From a bacterium UBP13_UBA5359 (GTDB lineage Bacteria > UBP13 > UBA5359), in NCBI GenBank assembly GCA_002410925.1, contig DHPR01000022.1, positions 1-35,139 on the forward strand: DNA of 35,139 bases, written 5' to 3'. The notes beneath the pieces were generated by a model. It worked only from the letters and a program-made list of their open reading frames with translations. It made no database searches and had not been told where the DNA came from. Positions 9,761 to 19,000 of this stretch are shown here, in pieces. Every line of letters starts with the position of its first letter. The first letter of the stretch is position 1. Both the position numbers and the translations under genes were made by a program.

Positions 9761-10789
9761 CTACTTGAGCAACTGAGTGCTTCCCGATGTAATAAAACCG
9801 TAATTGGGAGCGGATGCGCTCCCCTTCGCATCATCTGCCACAGCCCGGATAAGGGTGCCTTCCACCCAGCAATCATTGCCTGAGCCGTAGCATCCCTCCA
9901 GAAAAATAAAGGCAAAGCCCTTTATTTGGACCGTGCTGCGTCCAGTAAGATCAAGAGCCTCGATTACGGGCACAATACCGGTCCGCGCGCAGCCGGAAAC
10001 ATAATTTGAGGCTGTGCACGGAGGCTGATGCTTGCATAGGTTGATACGATAGGTTATGCCTTTCAATGTAGGACCCGACATATTGCCGGGCTCCAACGGT
10101 ACCCACTCTTCTGCATCCTGATCAATGCTTATCAGACCGGGGTAGCCGTACATAATGTTATTCTCAAACGTGGAAGCTCCGTTGCCTCCTAAGGCTAGGG
10201 CGCCGTAATAACCATGAGCTCCGCTGCCGCCTCCCTCTTTGAGGATAATTTTTTGTCCAAAGGCAAAATCATCCCAGACTATGCCGAAAGGCAGGCAGCC
10301 TCTGGCGGTTGAAACAGGGCCGCCGGGCAGGCCTACAGCCGCAGCCTGTGCTTTGACAGTCATAGTGTTTATACCCAGCAGCTTCATAAAATGTGTGGAT
10401 ATGATCCTTACGGAGCTTACTTTGAGACAGCGCTCGGCAGGGTAATCAGAGGTATCCGTATCCTGATAAGGCGTTATGACGGTCACCTGATCATTGCCGA
10501 TATTATAAACAGCGGTGGTACCGTTATTGCTTTGCAGGGCGGCATCTCTGTTCAGATTACGACTGTAACCATCTATTGCATGGTTTGTTATCTCCTGGAC
10601 CATCGGTACGGACTTTGCCCCTGCCAGGGCGGCGGCATCGCAGCAGTTCTGCAACCGAGCTCTGGCAGCAAAAGCAAATCCCATATCAACGGCCAGTCCT
10701 ATGGCGACCAGTAGAAGACCAAGAAAGACAGCTGCTAAAACGACGACCTGCCCTGATCTGAACTCCTTTTTATTAAAATATTCGCTCAT
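9761..10789 (-). CDS. TadG/TadE-like Flp pilus assembly protein
   Basis: N-terminal RSGQVVVL...GLAVDMG...RLQNCCDAAALAGA Tad motif; AAGGAG RBS; Cys/Gly-rich C-terminal domain. Confidence 0.82.
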   Translation of the reverse strand: MSEYFNKKEFRSGQVVVLAAVFLGLLLVAIGLAVDMGFAFAARARLQNCCDAAALAGAKSVPMVQEITNHAIDGYSRNLNRDAALQSNNGTTAVYNIGNDQVTVITPYQDTDTSDYPAERCLKVSSVRIISTHFMKLLGINTMTVKAQAAAVGLPGGPVSTARGCLPFGIVWDDFAFGQKIILKEGGGSGAHGYYGALALGGNGASTFENNIMYGYPGLISIDQDAEEWVPLEPGNMSGPTLKGITYRINLCKHQPPCTASNYVSGCARTGIVPVIEALDLTGRSTVQIKGFAFIFLEGCYGSGNDCWVEGTLIRAVADDAKGSASAPNYGFITSGSTQLLK

Positions 10790-10963
10790 TGCCCTGCTCC
10801 TTTTGCTTCCGGGCCTGCTTTATACGGTTGAATGCAGGCACAGCAAATGCTACCGAATATTCGGGAGAACTAAGTGCCCATTAGGTTATATTATACCAGA
10901 TCAAGCGCTTGCAAGGGTATGCTTATTTTCGTCGACGGATATTGGGCAATTCAGCTTATGAAA

Positions 10964-12502
10964 TTACAGCTCTATGCGGGCCAGGTCTTTGACCGTCGGC
11001 GCATGGATAACCTTGCCGTCACAGGTATAACGAGAGCCGTGACAGGGGCAATCCCAGGTCTTTTCGGCAGGGTTCCAGGAGAGCATACAGCCCATATGAG
11101 TACAAAGAGGAGAGAGGGCATGGATCTTTCCCTGCTTATCTTTATAAACGGCTGCTTTTTCGCCATCTATCTCTATTACTTTACCCTCTCCTTTGCCAAT
11201 TTCCGCCAGGCTCTTGATGCTCTCTTCAGATAGATGCCCGCCGATAAGATGCTTTGCTGTCTGGATATTTTGACCGACAATGCTCTTGGCCGAGGCCGGA
11301 AGATTCAATCTAACGGGAGAGTAAAGATTCTTCCACGGATTGCTGCGGCCCAGAATAAGATCGGAGAGCAGCATGCCTGCAATAGTGCCGTGTGTCATTC
11401 CCCATCCTTTGAAGCCGGTAGCTATAAAAATTCTATCCGATGCCGGCGCCAGGCTGCCGATGAACGGTATCAGATCCGCTGATTTGTTATCCTGGGCGGA
11501 CCAGTGGTAATCTATCGATTCTATATCGAAGAAGCCTCTGTAGTAGCTCTCCAGATTTTTGTATCGTTGTATGGTATCGCCGCCTTGTCCTGCATGGTGT
11601 TCCTCGCCTCCCGCCAGCAGATACGTTCCGTTATCTGTCAGATAATGAGGGCGCAGTGAATGGAAGTGCTCCTCATTGCTGTAAAAGAGACCCTGCGGCG
11701 ATCGGTTCTTAAGCCTCAGACCCAGGACATAGGAACGAACCGGTGTCAGATGCGCAAAGAGCTTGAAAGGATCGAATATAGGATAGTTAGTGGCTATAAT
11801 CACAGCTTGTGCCCGTATAGTTCCTCTATCGGTTCTTACTATGCTGGGATTACCCTCTTCAATATTAATGGCTCTGGTCTTTTCAAAAATTCTACCGTTT
11901 TCGTTGTTTATCTCATCGGCAAAGGCCAGCAAATACTTTCTTGGATGAAAATAAGCCTGCCCGTCAAAACACGCGGCACCTTTGATCGGTAATGGCAGGG
12001 GTGCGGTATCTACGTAGGATACCGCCAGGCCCAATTTTTCACCTGCCCTTACCTCAGCCTCTATTTCAGCCTCTTTATCTTCCGTTACGGCATAGATATA
12101 TGCCGGCAAAGGTGTAAAATCGCATGCTATATTCATCTGCATAATAAATGAAGCTACTCTCTCTATGGCTGTCCGGTTGGCATCGGCATATAAGCCGGCT
12201 TGCTCCTGGCCAAGCTTATTCAGCATGCGGCTGTAGCAGATACCGTGGGCTAGAGTTATCTTGGCCGTAGTATATCCCGTAACGCCGCTAATTATATGTC
12301 TGGATTCGACGAGCGTAACCTTCAGGCCCGCTCTTTTCAACAGCAATGCTGAAGTCAGCCCGGCAATGCCGCCTCCTACAATGGCAACATCTGCATCCGT
12401 ATCCCCTTCCAGGCAAGGAAAAGCAGTGTCGGGTGTCGTATCGATCCATAGGGAAACGGGCTTGCCGGGCAACCTGCCTGATGGTTGACATATTTCATCC
12501 AT
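10964..12502 (-). CDS. FAD-dependent oxidoreductase with C-terminal Rieske [2Fe-2S] domain (YhfW-like)
   Basis: SLW, DVAIVGGGIAG, GVTGYTTAKIT, ATGFKGWGMTHG; Rieske CTHMGC...WDCPCHGS; start uncertain (12502, 12535 or 12595). Confidence 0.9.
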   Translation of the reverse strand: MDEICQPSGRLPGKPVSLWIDTTPDTAFPCLEGDTDADVAIVGGGIAGLTSALLLKRAGLKVTLVESRHIISGVTGYTTAKITLAHGICYSRMLNKLGQEQAGLYADANRTAIERVASFIMQMNIACDFTPLPAYIYAVTEDKEAEIEAEVRAGEKLGLAVSYVDTAPLPLPIKGAACFDGQAYFHPRKYLLAFADEINNENGRIFEKTRAINIEEGNPSIVRTDRGTIRAQAVIIATNYPIFDPFKLFAHLTPVRSYVLGLRLKNRSPQGLFYSNEEHFHSLRPHYLTDNGTYLLAGGEEHHAGQGGDTIQRYKNLESYYRGFFDIESIDYHWSAQDNKSADLIPFIGSLAPASDRIFIATGFKGWGMTHGTIAGMLLSDLILGRSNPWKNLYSPVRLNLPASAKSIVGQNIQTAKHLIGGHLSEESIKSLAEIGKGEGKVIEIDGEKAAVYKDKQGKIHALSPLCTHMGCMLSWNPAEKTWDCPCHGSRYTCDGKVIHAPTVKDLARIEL

Positions 12503-12508
12503 ATAAGG

Positions 12509-12537
12509 ACTATTCCCGTGCAGGCGGCAGGTCAAAC
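12509..12537 (-). promoter_or_regulatory. Putative sigF/sigB-type promoter of the yhfW-like gene
   Basis: GTTTG-N15-GGGAATAGT on the minus strand; ATG 12502 lies 9 nt after GGGAAT. Confidence 0.55.
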
Positions 12538-12687
12538 TTCTTATGCACCTCTTTTTTGCACTATTTATGACAAGCCGTAACTCTTTATAATTCATGATCT
12601 TTTAATTTGGAATGATTTTTGCCGTGAAAGGCCTTGCTTGCCTGTTATAAAGATATCGACATAAAGGTTTGAATTTGAGGTGGTAAA

Positions 12688-14097
12688 ATGACAAAATATA
12701 ACTACGATCTTTTGAGCATACATGCGAAGAGCAACGACAGAGACCGCTTGATCGCCGAAGGCGCACTGGCAAACCAGGGTGTGGATGTGCTTAAACGCTA
12801 CTCATTGGCAGAAAGTGCTCTTGGTATGCTGGCTCGGTTGAAATCATCAAAGAAGATTAACCTGCTCAGCCTGGAGTTTGAAGTTGATACCGACAAAGGA
12901 TTGTTATCCTGCCAGGCAAAGGGGCCCCTCTCCTCTCTGGTGGCAAAGGAATTGGAAAAGCTCCGGGAGAGAGTGCAGGCCCTAGGGCGTCCTATAGCAG
13001 TGCGGGAGAGAGGCTTTGTTTATAACCTTTACCAGCCGCCTATTCCCTCGCAGCGTTTTATTAATTCCATGTCCAGATTGGTAGTGCAGGGAAGAGAGCT
13101 TATACGCCCGGCAACCTGTACTCTTCAAGTGACTACCGAATGCCAGCTGAATTGCTATCACTGCAGTGCCGCCAGATACAAGACAGCTCGCAGAGCGGAG
13201 CTGACCACTGAAGAGATGAAATCCGTCATCAGGCAGGCAGAAGCCCTGGGATGCTTTAATATCGTCTTTACGGGAGGAGAGCCTCTGCTGCGCAGAGATA
13301 TCTTTGAACTTATATCCTTTGTTAATCGTGATCGGGCGCATCCTTCCATGTTTACCAACGGATTGCTGCTTACCGATGAGAAGATATCGCATCTCTCTGA
13401 CGCCGGATTACACTCCATGATGGTATCGTTGGATGATCCGCGCTCTTATGTTCATGATGAGTTGCGTCAATTCCCGGGAGGGTTCGATAAAACGGTGACA
13501 GGCATAAATCGTGCTCTGAAGGCCGGTATTTTGGTAGGTATCTCCACTTATGCCGGACCTGAGGATGTGCGTGAGAAACGAGTGGAAGAGATGATTGAGC
13601 TGGGCAAGAAATTGGGTGTGCACGAAGTTACCATCTTCGATATCGTGCCTACGGGCAAACTTCTGCAAAGCCAGGAGGAGCAGCTTCTCTCAGCCGGGGA
13701 TAAGCGGCAATTGATAGAGATGGAGCGAAAGTATAATTCTATGGGAGACTATCCTCACATCATCACTCAGGCCCTGGTCAATGGTCCTGAAGGTTCGGGC
13801 TGTTTCGGCGGCTTTTCACAATTCTACATGACCGCCTATGGAGATATAGACCCGTGTGATTTTACCCCCTTGACCTTTGGCAATGTTCGGGATGAGGCTC
13901 TGGAAGATATATGGCAGCGAATGCTGGCGCATCCTGCCTATGCCCGACGCTGCAATCATTGCCGCATGCAGGACTCTGATTTCCGTAATTTATATATAGA
14001 CAGCATACCCGAAGATGCCCTCTTGCCCTGGCCGGCTTTTGATGAATTGATGCATAGGCCCAACAGTCCGCTATCTGCATGTACGGCTGTCAAATAG
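12688..14097 (+). CDS. Radical SAM protein with SPASM/twitch domain and N-terminal extension
   Basis: CQLNCYHC (CxxxCxxC), FTGGEPLLR, FTNG, VSLD; C-terminal GCFGG...GDIDPCDF...FGNVR...CNHC; GAGGTG RBS. Confidence 0.9.
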   Translation: MTKYNYDLLSIHAKSNDRDRLIAEGALANQGVDVLKRYSLAESALGMLARLKSSKKINLLSLEFEVDTDKGLLSCQAKGPLSSLVAKELEKLRERVQALGRPIAVRERGFVYNLYQPPIPSQRFINSMSRLVVQGRELIRPATCTLQVTTECQLNCYHCSAARYKTARRAELTTEEMKSVIRQAEALGCFNIVFTGGEPLLRRDIFELISFVNRDRAHPSMFTNGLLLTDEKISHLSDAGLHSMMVSLDDPRSYVHDELRQFPGGFDKTVTGINRALKAGILVGISTYAGPEDVREKRVEEMIELGKKLGVHEVTIFDIVPTGKLLQSQEEQLLSAGDKRQLIEMERKYNSMGDYPHIITQALVNGPEGSGCFGGFSQFYMTAYGDIDPCDFTPLTFGNVRDEALEDIWQRMLAHPAYARRCNHCRMQDSDFRNLYIDSIPEDALLPWPAFDELMHRPNSPLSACTAVK

Positions 14098-14194
14098 CTG
14101 TTACGGCAGAAATGCAATTTTATCTTACTGCGCATCGAGCAAAGCGCGAATACAAAAAACTGTTGGGAATGCTATACTCCAAAAATCCGTTGCC

Positions 14195-14223
14195 TTGACC
14201 GACGATAAACGATATTGTATAAT
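14195..14223 (+). promoter_or_regulatory. sigA-type promoter of tRNA-Ile2
   Basis: TTGACC-N17-TATAAT. Confidence 0.8.
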
Positions 14224-14257
14224 AATTCAGCCTGATGAAGCATCATGTTCAGGATGC

Positions 14258-14332
<75 letters not shown>

Positions 14333-14346
14333 TATAGAGTTTTTAG

Positions 14347-14370
14347 AGACGGACAAAAGTCCGTCTTTTT
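14347..14370 (+). terminator. Intrinsic terminator after tRNA-Ile2
   Basis: AGACGGAC-AAAA-GTCCGTCT followed by TTTT. Confidence 0.8.
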
Positions 14371-14408
14371 ACTTGAAAGATGAGAAAAATGTGGAATTGA
14401 GGACTTAC

Positions 14409-14963
14409 ATGGAAACCTCAAAACCAACAACTGTGCCCGAAGGGTGCGCTGCCGGGCCGGGCTTGGTACAGGTCTACACCGGCAACGGCAAAGGTAAGAC
14501 CACGGCAGCTCTGGGGCAGGCTTTGCGCGCCCGGGGGCGCGGCCTGCGTGTTTATCTGATTCAGTTTTTCAAGATGCGCGAGACGGGGGAACTACTGGCC
14601 AATAAAAAATACGGCTTGTTTGATTGTTATAGTGCCGGAAGAGGTTTTATCACAGGCAAGCCTGCCGAAGAGGATATCAGAGCCGCTGCAGAGGGCTTGG
14701 AGAGAGCCGGCCGGATTCTGAGCGCCGGAAAATATCAATTGGTAATCCTGGATGAGATCAATAATGCTGTAGCCGGAGGCTTGTTAAGCAGCGCTGATGT
14801 TCTTGCAGCCGTGGCAGGGCGGCATGCCGGAGTGGAAGTTATCCTTACCGGGCGTGATGCGCCACAGGAGTTTATTGCCGCCGCTGATCTGGTAACCATT
14901 ATGGAATCGGCGAAGCATCCTTTGGACGAAGGTATAGGCGCCAGAGAGGGCATAGAATATTAG
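14409..14963 (+). CDS. cobO: Cob(I)yrinic acid a,c-diamide adenosyltransferase (CobO/BtuR family)
   Basis: GLVQVYTGNGKGKTTAALG, IQFFK, LVILDEI, EVILTGR, ADLVT, AREGIEY; start moved to ATG 14409 behind GAGG. Confidence 0.92.
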   Translation: METSKPTTVPEGCAAGPGLVQVYTGNGKGKTTAALGQALRARGRGLRVYLIQFFKMRETGELLANKKYGLFDCYSAGRGFITGKPAEEDIRAAAEGLERAGRILSAGKYQLVILDEINNAVAGGLLSSADVLAAVAGRHAGVEVILTGRDAPQEFIAAADLVTIMESAKHPLDEGIGAREGIEY

Positions 14964-15007
14964 GAATCGCCAACCTCTTTAAGGATAATAAAGCAAACTG
15001 TCTGTCG

Positions 15008-15208
15008 TCAGCGAGGCTTACCGTCGATGAAAATGGCATCGGTAGGACAGAGCTCGGCCGCCTCCTCACAACAGCCTCCCGGATCACATGCAGCCGCATC
15101 TTTCTTAACGTGAGAGAGTCCGTCGGCCTGCATTTCAAAGATATCCGGGCAGGTATCAACACATATCTCGCAACCTATACATCTATCGGGATCCACATAT
15201 ATTTCCAT
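15008..15208 (-). CDS. Monocluster [4Fe-4S]/[3Fe-4S] ferredoxin
   Basis: VDPDRCIGCEICVDTCPDIF...CEEAAELCPTDAI; GGAGGT RBS before ATG 15208. Confidence 0.92.
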   Translation of the reverse strand: MEIYVDPDRCIGCEICVDTCPDIFEMQADGLSHVKKDAAACDPGGCCEEAAELCPTDAIFIDGKPR

Positions 15209-15273
15209 GATCGATACCTCCAAACTATTCAGAAAGTAGAGATCAAAAGCCGGAAGGCAGCTATCACAAGTAT

Positions 15274-15299
15274 ATTTATCAGGCAATTACCTGATAAAT
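15274..15299. promoter_or_regulatory. 26-bp near-perfect palindrome upstream of the ferredoxin (operator or hairpin)
   Basis: ATTTATCAGGCAA|TTACCTGATAAAT, one mismatched pair. Confidence 0.55.
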
Positions 15300-15353
15300 T
15301 ATCCAGCCTCTGACTGCTTCTTTAATTACCCGCAAAAATAATATATCAAACGC

Positions 15354-17087
15354 CTATGGATTTACAAGACCGAATTGTTGCTGAAACATGCTGGCGTACA
15401 CTCCGCTCAGATCGAGCAGAGCATCGTGTGTGCCCTGTTCGACGATGCTTCCTTCATCCAGCACAACGATAAGATCGGCATCGATGATGGTGGACAGACG
15501 ATGTGTAATTACCAGATTGGTACGATTTTTCATGATATCCTGCAGCGTTTCCTGGATAGCCGCCTCCGTTTGCGCATCCAAAGCAGATGTGCAATCATCA
15601 AAGATCAGAATACGCGGCTGAGTAAGCAGCGCACGGGCGATGGCTATACGCTGTTTCTGTCCGCCGGAGAGGCTTACGCCCCGCTCGCCAATCAAGGAAT
15701 AATAACTATCCGGCAGAGCTTCGACGAAATCATCTATGCGTGCAGCTTGAGTTGCTATGATCATCTCCTCATCAGTAGCCCTGGGACTGCCGTAGCAGAT
15801 ATTATCTCTGATAGTTCCGCTAAAGAGCATACTCTCCTGAAAGACTATGCCTATCTGCTTGCGCAGGCTTTCAATCTTTACTTCACGTATATTCTGGCCA
15901 TCTATAGTGATATACCCCTCTGTAGGATCATAGAAACGTGCTATCAGGCTGGCCAGTGTGCTCTTTCCGGAACCGCTGCGTCCGATCACGGCTACCTTGC
16001 TGCCGGAAGGGATATCCAGAGTAATATTCTTCAGCACTCGGCGTGTTCCGTCGTAGCTGAAGCCGGCGTTTTCAAAACGAATATGTCCTTTTTCGGCCTT
16101 AAGAGCCGGGGAGCCCGGTTTATCGGCTATCTGAGGATACATATCCAGGAGCTCGTATATCCTGTCCAGAGCCGCTCGCATACGCTGAATAACGGTATTG
16201 ATCTGTGAAAAGTGCACGGCAGGGTTATAAAGGTAGGCTACCAGCGAATAAAAGGCTATCAATCCGCCTGTGGACAGCCGGCCTTGCAGCACCAGATAAC
16301 CGCCGTACCATAAAACTACGGCCGTACTCATGCCGCTCAGGAGCTGGGCGATAATGGACATGCCGGAAGAGAGCATAGCCGCGCGATAATTGAGATGATA
16401 GTATGTTCTAAGCTTTTTGAAGGCACGTTTATTCTCCTGTTTCTCCTGGTTAAAGGCCTTGATAACCCTTATGCCGGAGATGCGTTCGCTGAGATAAGCG
16501 ATTATCTCATCCGTTTTTCTTCTTATGCGATGGCTATTCTCACGAACACGGCCGATAAAGCCGTTATAATTGATGATATACGCAGGTATGACCAGCGTAG
16601 CCAGAAGCGCCAGTTGTGTATTTATAGCTAGAAGGATGCCTATGGCCGTCACCAGGGTGATAAGGTCGGTAAAGTAGGTTATGAAGCTGGTGGTGACCAT
16701 GTTCTGGATAATATTGACATCGTTTATCAGTCTGGAGACGATCTTGCCCGATTGCGTACGATCATAGTAGCTCAATTGCAGCCGATTCAACTGAGCGTAT
16801 ATATCCCGCCGTAAAAGATAGACAACTGCCTGCCCCAAACGAACGACGATAAGACCGCGCATATAGGCCACCAAGGCGTTCATGGCTCTCAACCCCAGAT
16901 AAACAAGGAAAACCCAGAGCAGCAGATGATAACGTTCCTTATATAACACATCATCTACCAGGTATTTCAGCACCAGCGGCATGGCCATGGCAAAACCGGT
17001 ATGCATAAACATCAGAAGAACGGCAACCAGGACCTTGTCTGAATACGGCCTGATATATTTTCTTAACAATCTCAGAAAATTATACAA
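15354..17087 (-). CDS. ABC exporter (fused TMD-NBD), subunit with degenerate Walker B
   Basis: TM domain; GRSGSGKST, LSGGQKQR, ILIFDD, THRLST; probable TTG start 17087 overlapping the upstream stop codon. Confidence 0.93.
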   Translation of the reverse strand: MYNFLRLLRKYIRPYSDKVLVAVLLMFMHTGFAMAMPLVLKYLVDDVLYKERYHLLLWVFLVYLGLRAMNALVAYMRGLIVVRLGQAVVYLLRRDIYAQLNRLQLSYYDRTQSGKIVSRLINDVNIIQNMVTTSFITYFTDLITLVTAIGILLAINTQLALLATLVIPAYIINYNGFIGRVRENSHRIRRKTDEIIAYLSERISGIRVIKAFNQEKQENKRAFKKLRTYYHLNYRAAMLSSGMSIIAQLLSGMSTAVVLWYGGYLVLQGRLSTGGLIAFYSLVAYLYNPAVHFSQINTVIQRMRAALDRIYELLDMYPQIADKPGSPALKAEKGHIRFENAGFSYDGTRRVLKNITLDIPSGSKVAVIGRSGSGKSTLASLIARFYDPTEGYITIDGQNIREVKIESLRKQIGIVFQESMLFSGTIRDNICYGSPRATDEEMIIATQAARIDDFVEALPDSYYSLIGERGVSLSGGQKQRIAIARALLTQPRILIFDDCTSALDAQTEAAIQETLQDIMKNRTNLVITHRLSTIIDADLIVVLDEGSIVEQGTHDALLDLSGVYASMFQQQFGLVNP

Positions 17088-18852
17088 TATTGAATAGCGC
17101 TCCCTTGAGTTCCGGCCGTGACATAATGGCCTCATTCATAAACTGTTCCTCGTAGAAATGGCGATAAGGCCCTTTTTGCTGAAGTAATTCCTCATGCGCT
17201 CCCAGTTGGACAATATGCCCCTCATCCAGGACGGCAATCTTATCAGCATTGAGTATGGTAGATAAGCGGTGAGCGACAACGATGGAAGTACGGCCTTGCA
17301 TGATCTTATCCAAAGCCGTTTGAATCAGCGCTTCCGAAAGAGAATCCAGCGCCGAAGTAGCCTCATCCAGAATAAGTATGCGAGGTTGCTTCAGAATGGC
17401 TCTGGCAATAGCGATGCGCTGCTTCTCTCCCATGGAAATCTTGATGCCTTCATCACCGAGACAGGTATTGTACCCCTGCGGCAGAGTTATAATGAAATCG
17501 TGGATTTCCGCTGATTTAGCCGCCTCTTCTACTTCTTCCATGGAGGCTTCCAAGCGGCCGTAGGCAATATTTTCTCTGATGGATATGTTGAATAGAAGCG
17601 GGTCCTGCAGAACAATACCTATCTGGTCCCGCAGAGAGCTTATTTGCACTTCTCGTATATCATATCCATCAATCTCTATGCTGCCGCTGCGAATATCGTA
17701 GAAGCGGGGCAGCAGGTTGATAATGCTGCTTTTGCCCGAGCCCGTATGGCCCACCAAAGCGACCATCTGCCCGGGCTCTATCTCCAGGCAGATATCGTGC
17801 AAAATCGTTTGATGCGGTAGATAGCCGAAAGTAACGCTTTTAAAAGATATATATCCCTTGACGAGGGGCAAATGACAGGCCTGCAAGCTCTCCTGGATAT
17901 CCGGCTCGGTATCCAGAAGTTCAAAAATTCTTTCAAGAGAGGTGACGGCCTGCTGCACGACATCATTGAGTTCACTCAGCTGCAGCGCCGGAGTATAGAG
18001 CATACTTATTAGAGTGTTGAAAGCCAGGAGATCGCCGATGGTTATCAAGCCATAGCGGACCTCCATGCCCCCCAGCCAGAGAACCAGGGCTGTCCCCAGG
18101 CCGCTGATGATGATGGCCATGGCCGAAAAGGTGCTGCCCAGCGCCCCCTGCTCCAGGCCTAAGCCAAACTTTTCTCTGATTTTTGAGGTAAAGTACTCTA
18201 CCTCCTGGCGCTCCATGGAGAAGGCCTTAACCACCTGAACACCCGATATCTTCTCCTGGACATCGCCTAATATTTCATCCATCTTCTCCCGGTTACGCAG
18301 GTTGCAACTCTTGATGCGTTTTATAAAGAGCTTGAAGTTAAGAATATAAAGCGGCATTACTGCCAGCGTAACAATAGCCAGGCGCCAATCATTGAAGAAG
18401 AGGAGGATGCTTACCACGGTAATGGTAATAATGCCGGTTACAGCCTGTATGGCCGGTCCCGATATCAGCATTTGGATGACATCTACATCATCGATAGTTT
18501 TGGAAATAATAGTTCCTGTCTGAGTTTGGTCGTAAAAGCTCAGGGATAGTCTTTGCAGGTGGCGAAAGAGTTTATATCTCAAATCCAGAACAATACGCTG
18601 GCCCAGATAAGAGATGTTGAGGTGGAAGAGTATACAAAGGATATTATGCGCCAGATAGACAGCCACCAATCCTAGCAGAACATTTATTAGAAGCTGTGGC
18701 TGCTGCAGGGAGATAACCGTATCTACCAGGTATTTTATGAAGAATGGTATGGGTAGAATTGTCAAAGGCATCCCGGCACTAAAAAGTATAGCCAGGAAGG
18801 CCTGTCTGCGATAAGGGCGGAGTATTGCTAAAAAACGGGTTAGCGTTTTCAA
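17080..18852 (-). CDS. ABC exporter (fused TMD-NBD), subunit with degenerate signature motif
   Basis: TM domain; GHTGSGKSS, ISMGEKQR, ILILDEATSALD, AHRLST; TTG start. Confidence 0.93.
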   Translation of the reverse strand: MKTLTRFLAILRPYRRQAFLAILFSAGMPLTILPIPFFIKYLVDTVISLQQPQLLINVLLGLVAVYLAHNILCILFHLNISYLGQRIVLDLRYKLFRHLQRLSLSFYDQTQTGTIISKTIDDVDVIQMLISGPAIQAVTGIITITVVSILLFFNDWRLAIVTLAVMPLYILNFKLFIKRIKSCNLRNREKMDEILGDVQEKISGVQVVKAFSMERQEVEYFTSKIREKFGLGLEQGALGSTFSAMAIIISGLGTALVLWLGGMEVRYGLITIGDLLAFNTLISMLYTPALQLSELNDVVQQAVTSLERIFELLDTEPDIQESLQACHLPLVKGYISFKSVTFGYLPHQTILHDICLEIEPGQMVALVGHTGSGKSSIINLLPRFYDIRSGSIEIDGYDIREVQISSLRDQIGIVLQDPLLFNISIRENIAYGRLEASMEEVEEAAKSAEIHDFIITLPQGYNTCLGDEGIKISMGEKQRIAIARAILKQPRILILDEATSALDSLSEALIQTALDKIMQGRTSIVVAHRLSTILNADKIAVLDEGHIVQLGAHEELLQQKGPYRHFYEEQFMNEAIMSRPELKGALFNIV

Positions 18853-18919
18853 CGTCGGCCACCACCATTTACATTAGAAACGGAGAAATAAAGTGCTTCT
18901 TCAATGTATACAAACAGTT

Positions 18920-18972
18920 AAAAATAAAGTTTAGATCACCGTTTGGTACCGGATTGCCTAAACTCTTACCAT
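18920..18972 (-). promoter_or_regulatory. Candidate attenuator in the ABC exporter leader: 4-codon uORF overlapping a terminator-like hairpin
   Basis: ATG GTA AGA GTT TAG (18972-18958) overlaps the 5' arm of AGAGTTTAG...CCG-GTACCAAA-CGG...CTAAACTTT, followed by ATTTTT. Confidence 0.4.
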
Positions 18973-19000
18973 ATAAGCCCCAGTTTAATTTTACACGCTC

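Noticed and set aside
10820-10882. c-di-GMP-II riboswitch upstream of the tadG-like gene (GGGCACTT, CAACCG words)
   Set aside because: The contiguous GTAGTGCAACCG and the 5' GGAA/P1 elements are missing; kept only as an unclassified structured leader
12596-14257. RiPP cluster around the radical SAM/SPASM gene
   Set aside because: No precursor peptide, peptidase or recognisable RRE/PqqD domain adjacent; the ABC exporter lacks a C39 peptidase domain and is separated by a tRNA, cobO and a ferredoxin
15375-16208. Long antisense ORFs (also 25486-26328, 22969-23610, 27193-27729 and similar)
   Set aside because: Shadow ORFs opposite well-supported genes, with no motifs or RBS
18920-18995. Purine riboswitch in the ABC leader (CTTA-TATGG-TAAG-AGTTT resemblance)
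   Set aside because: Lacks the TTTCTAC junction, the CCGTAAA loop and a proper P1 stem
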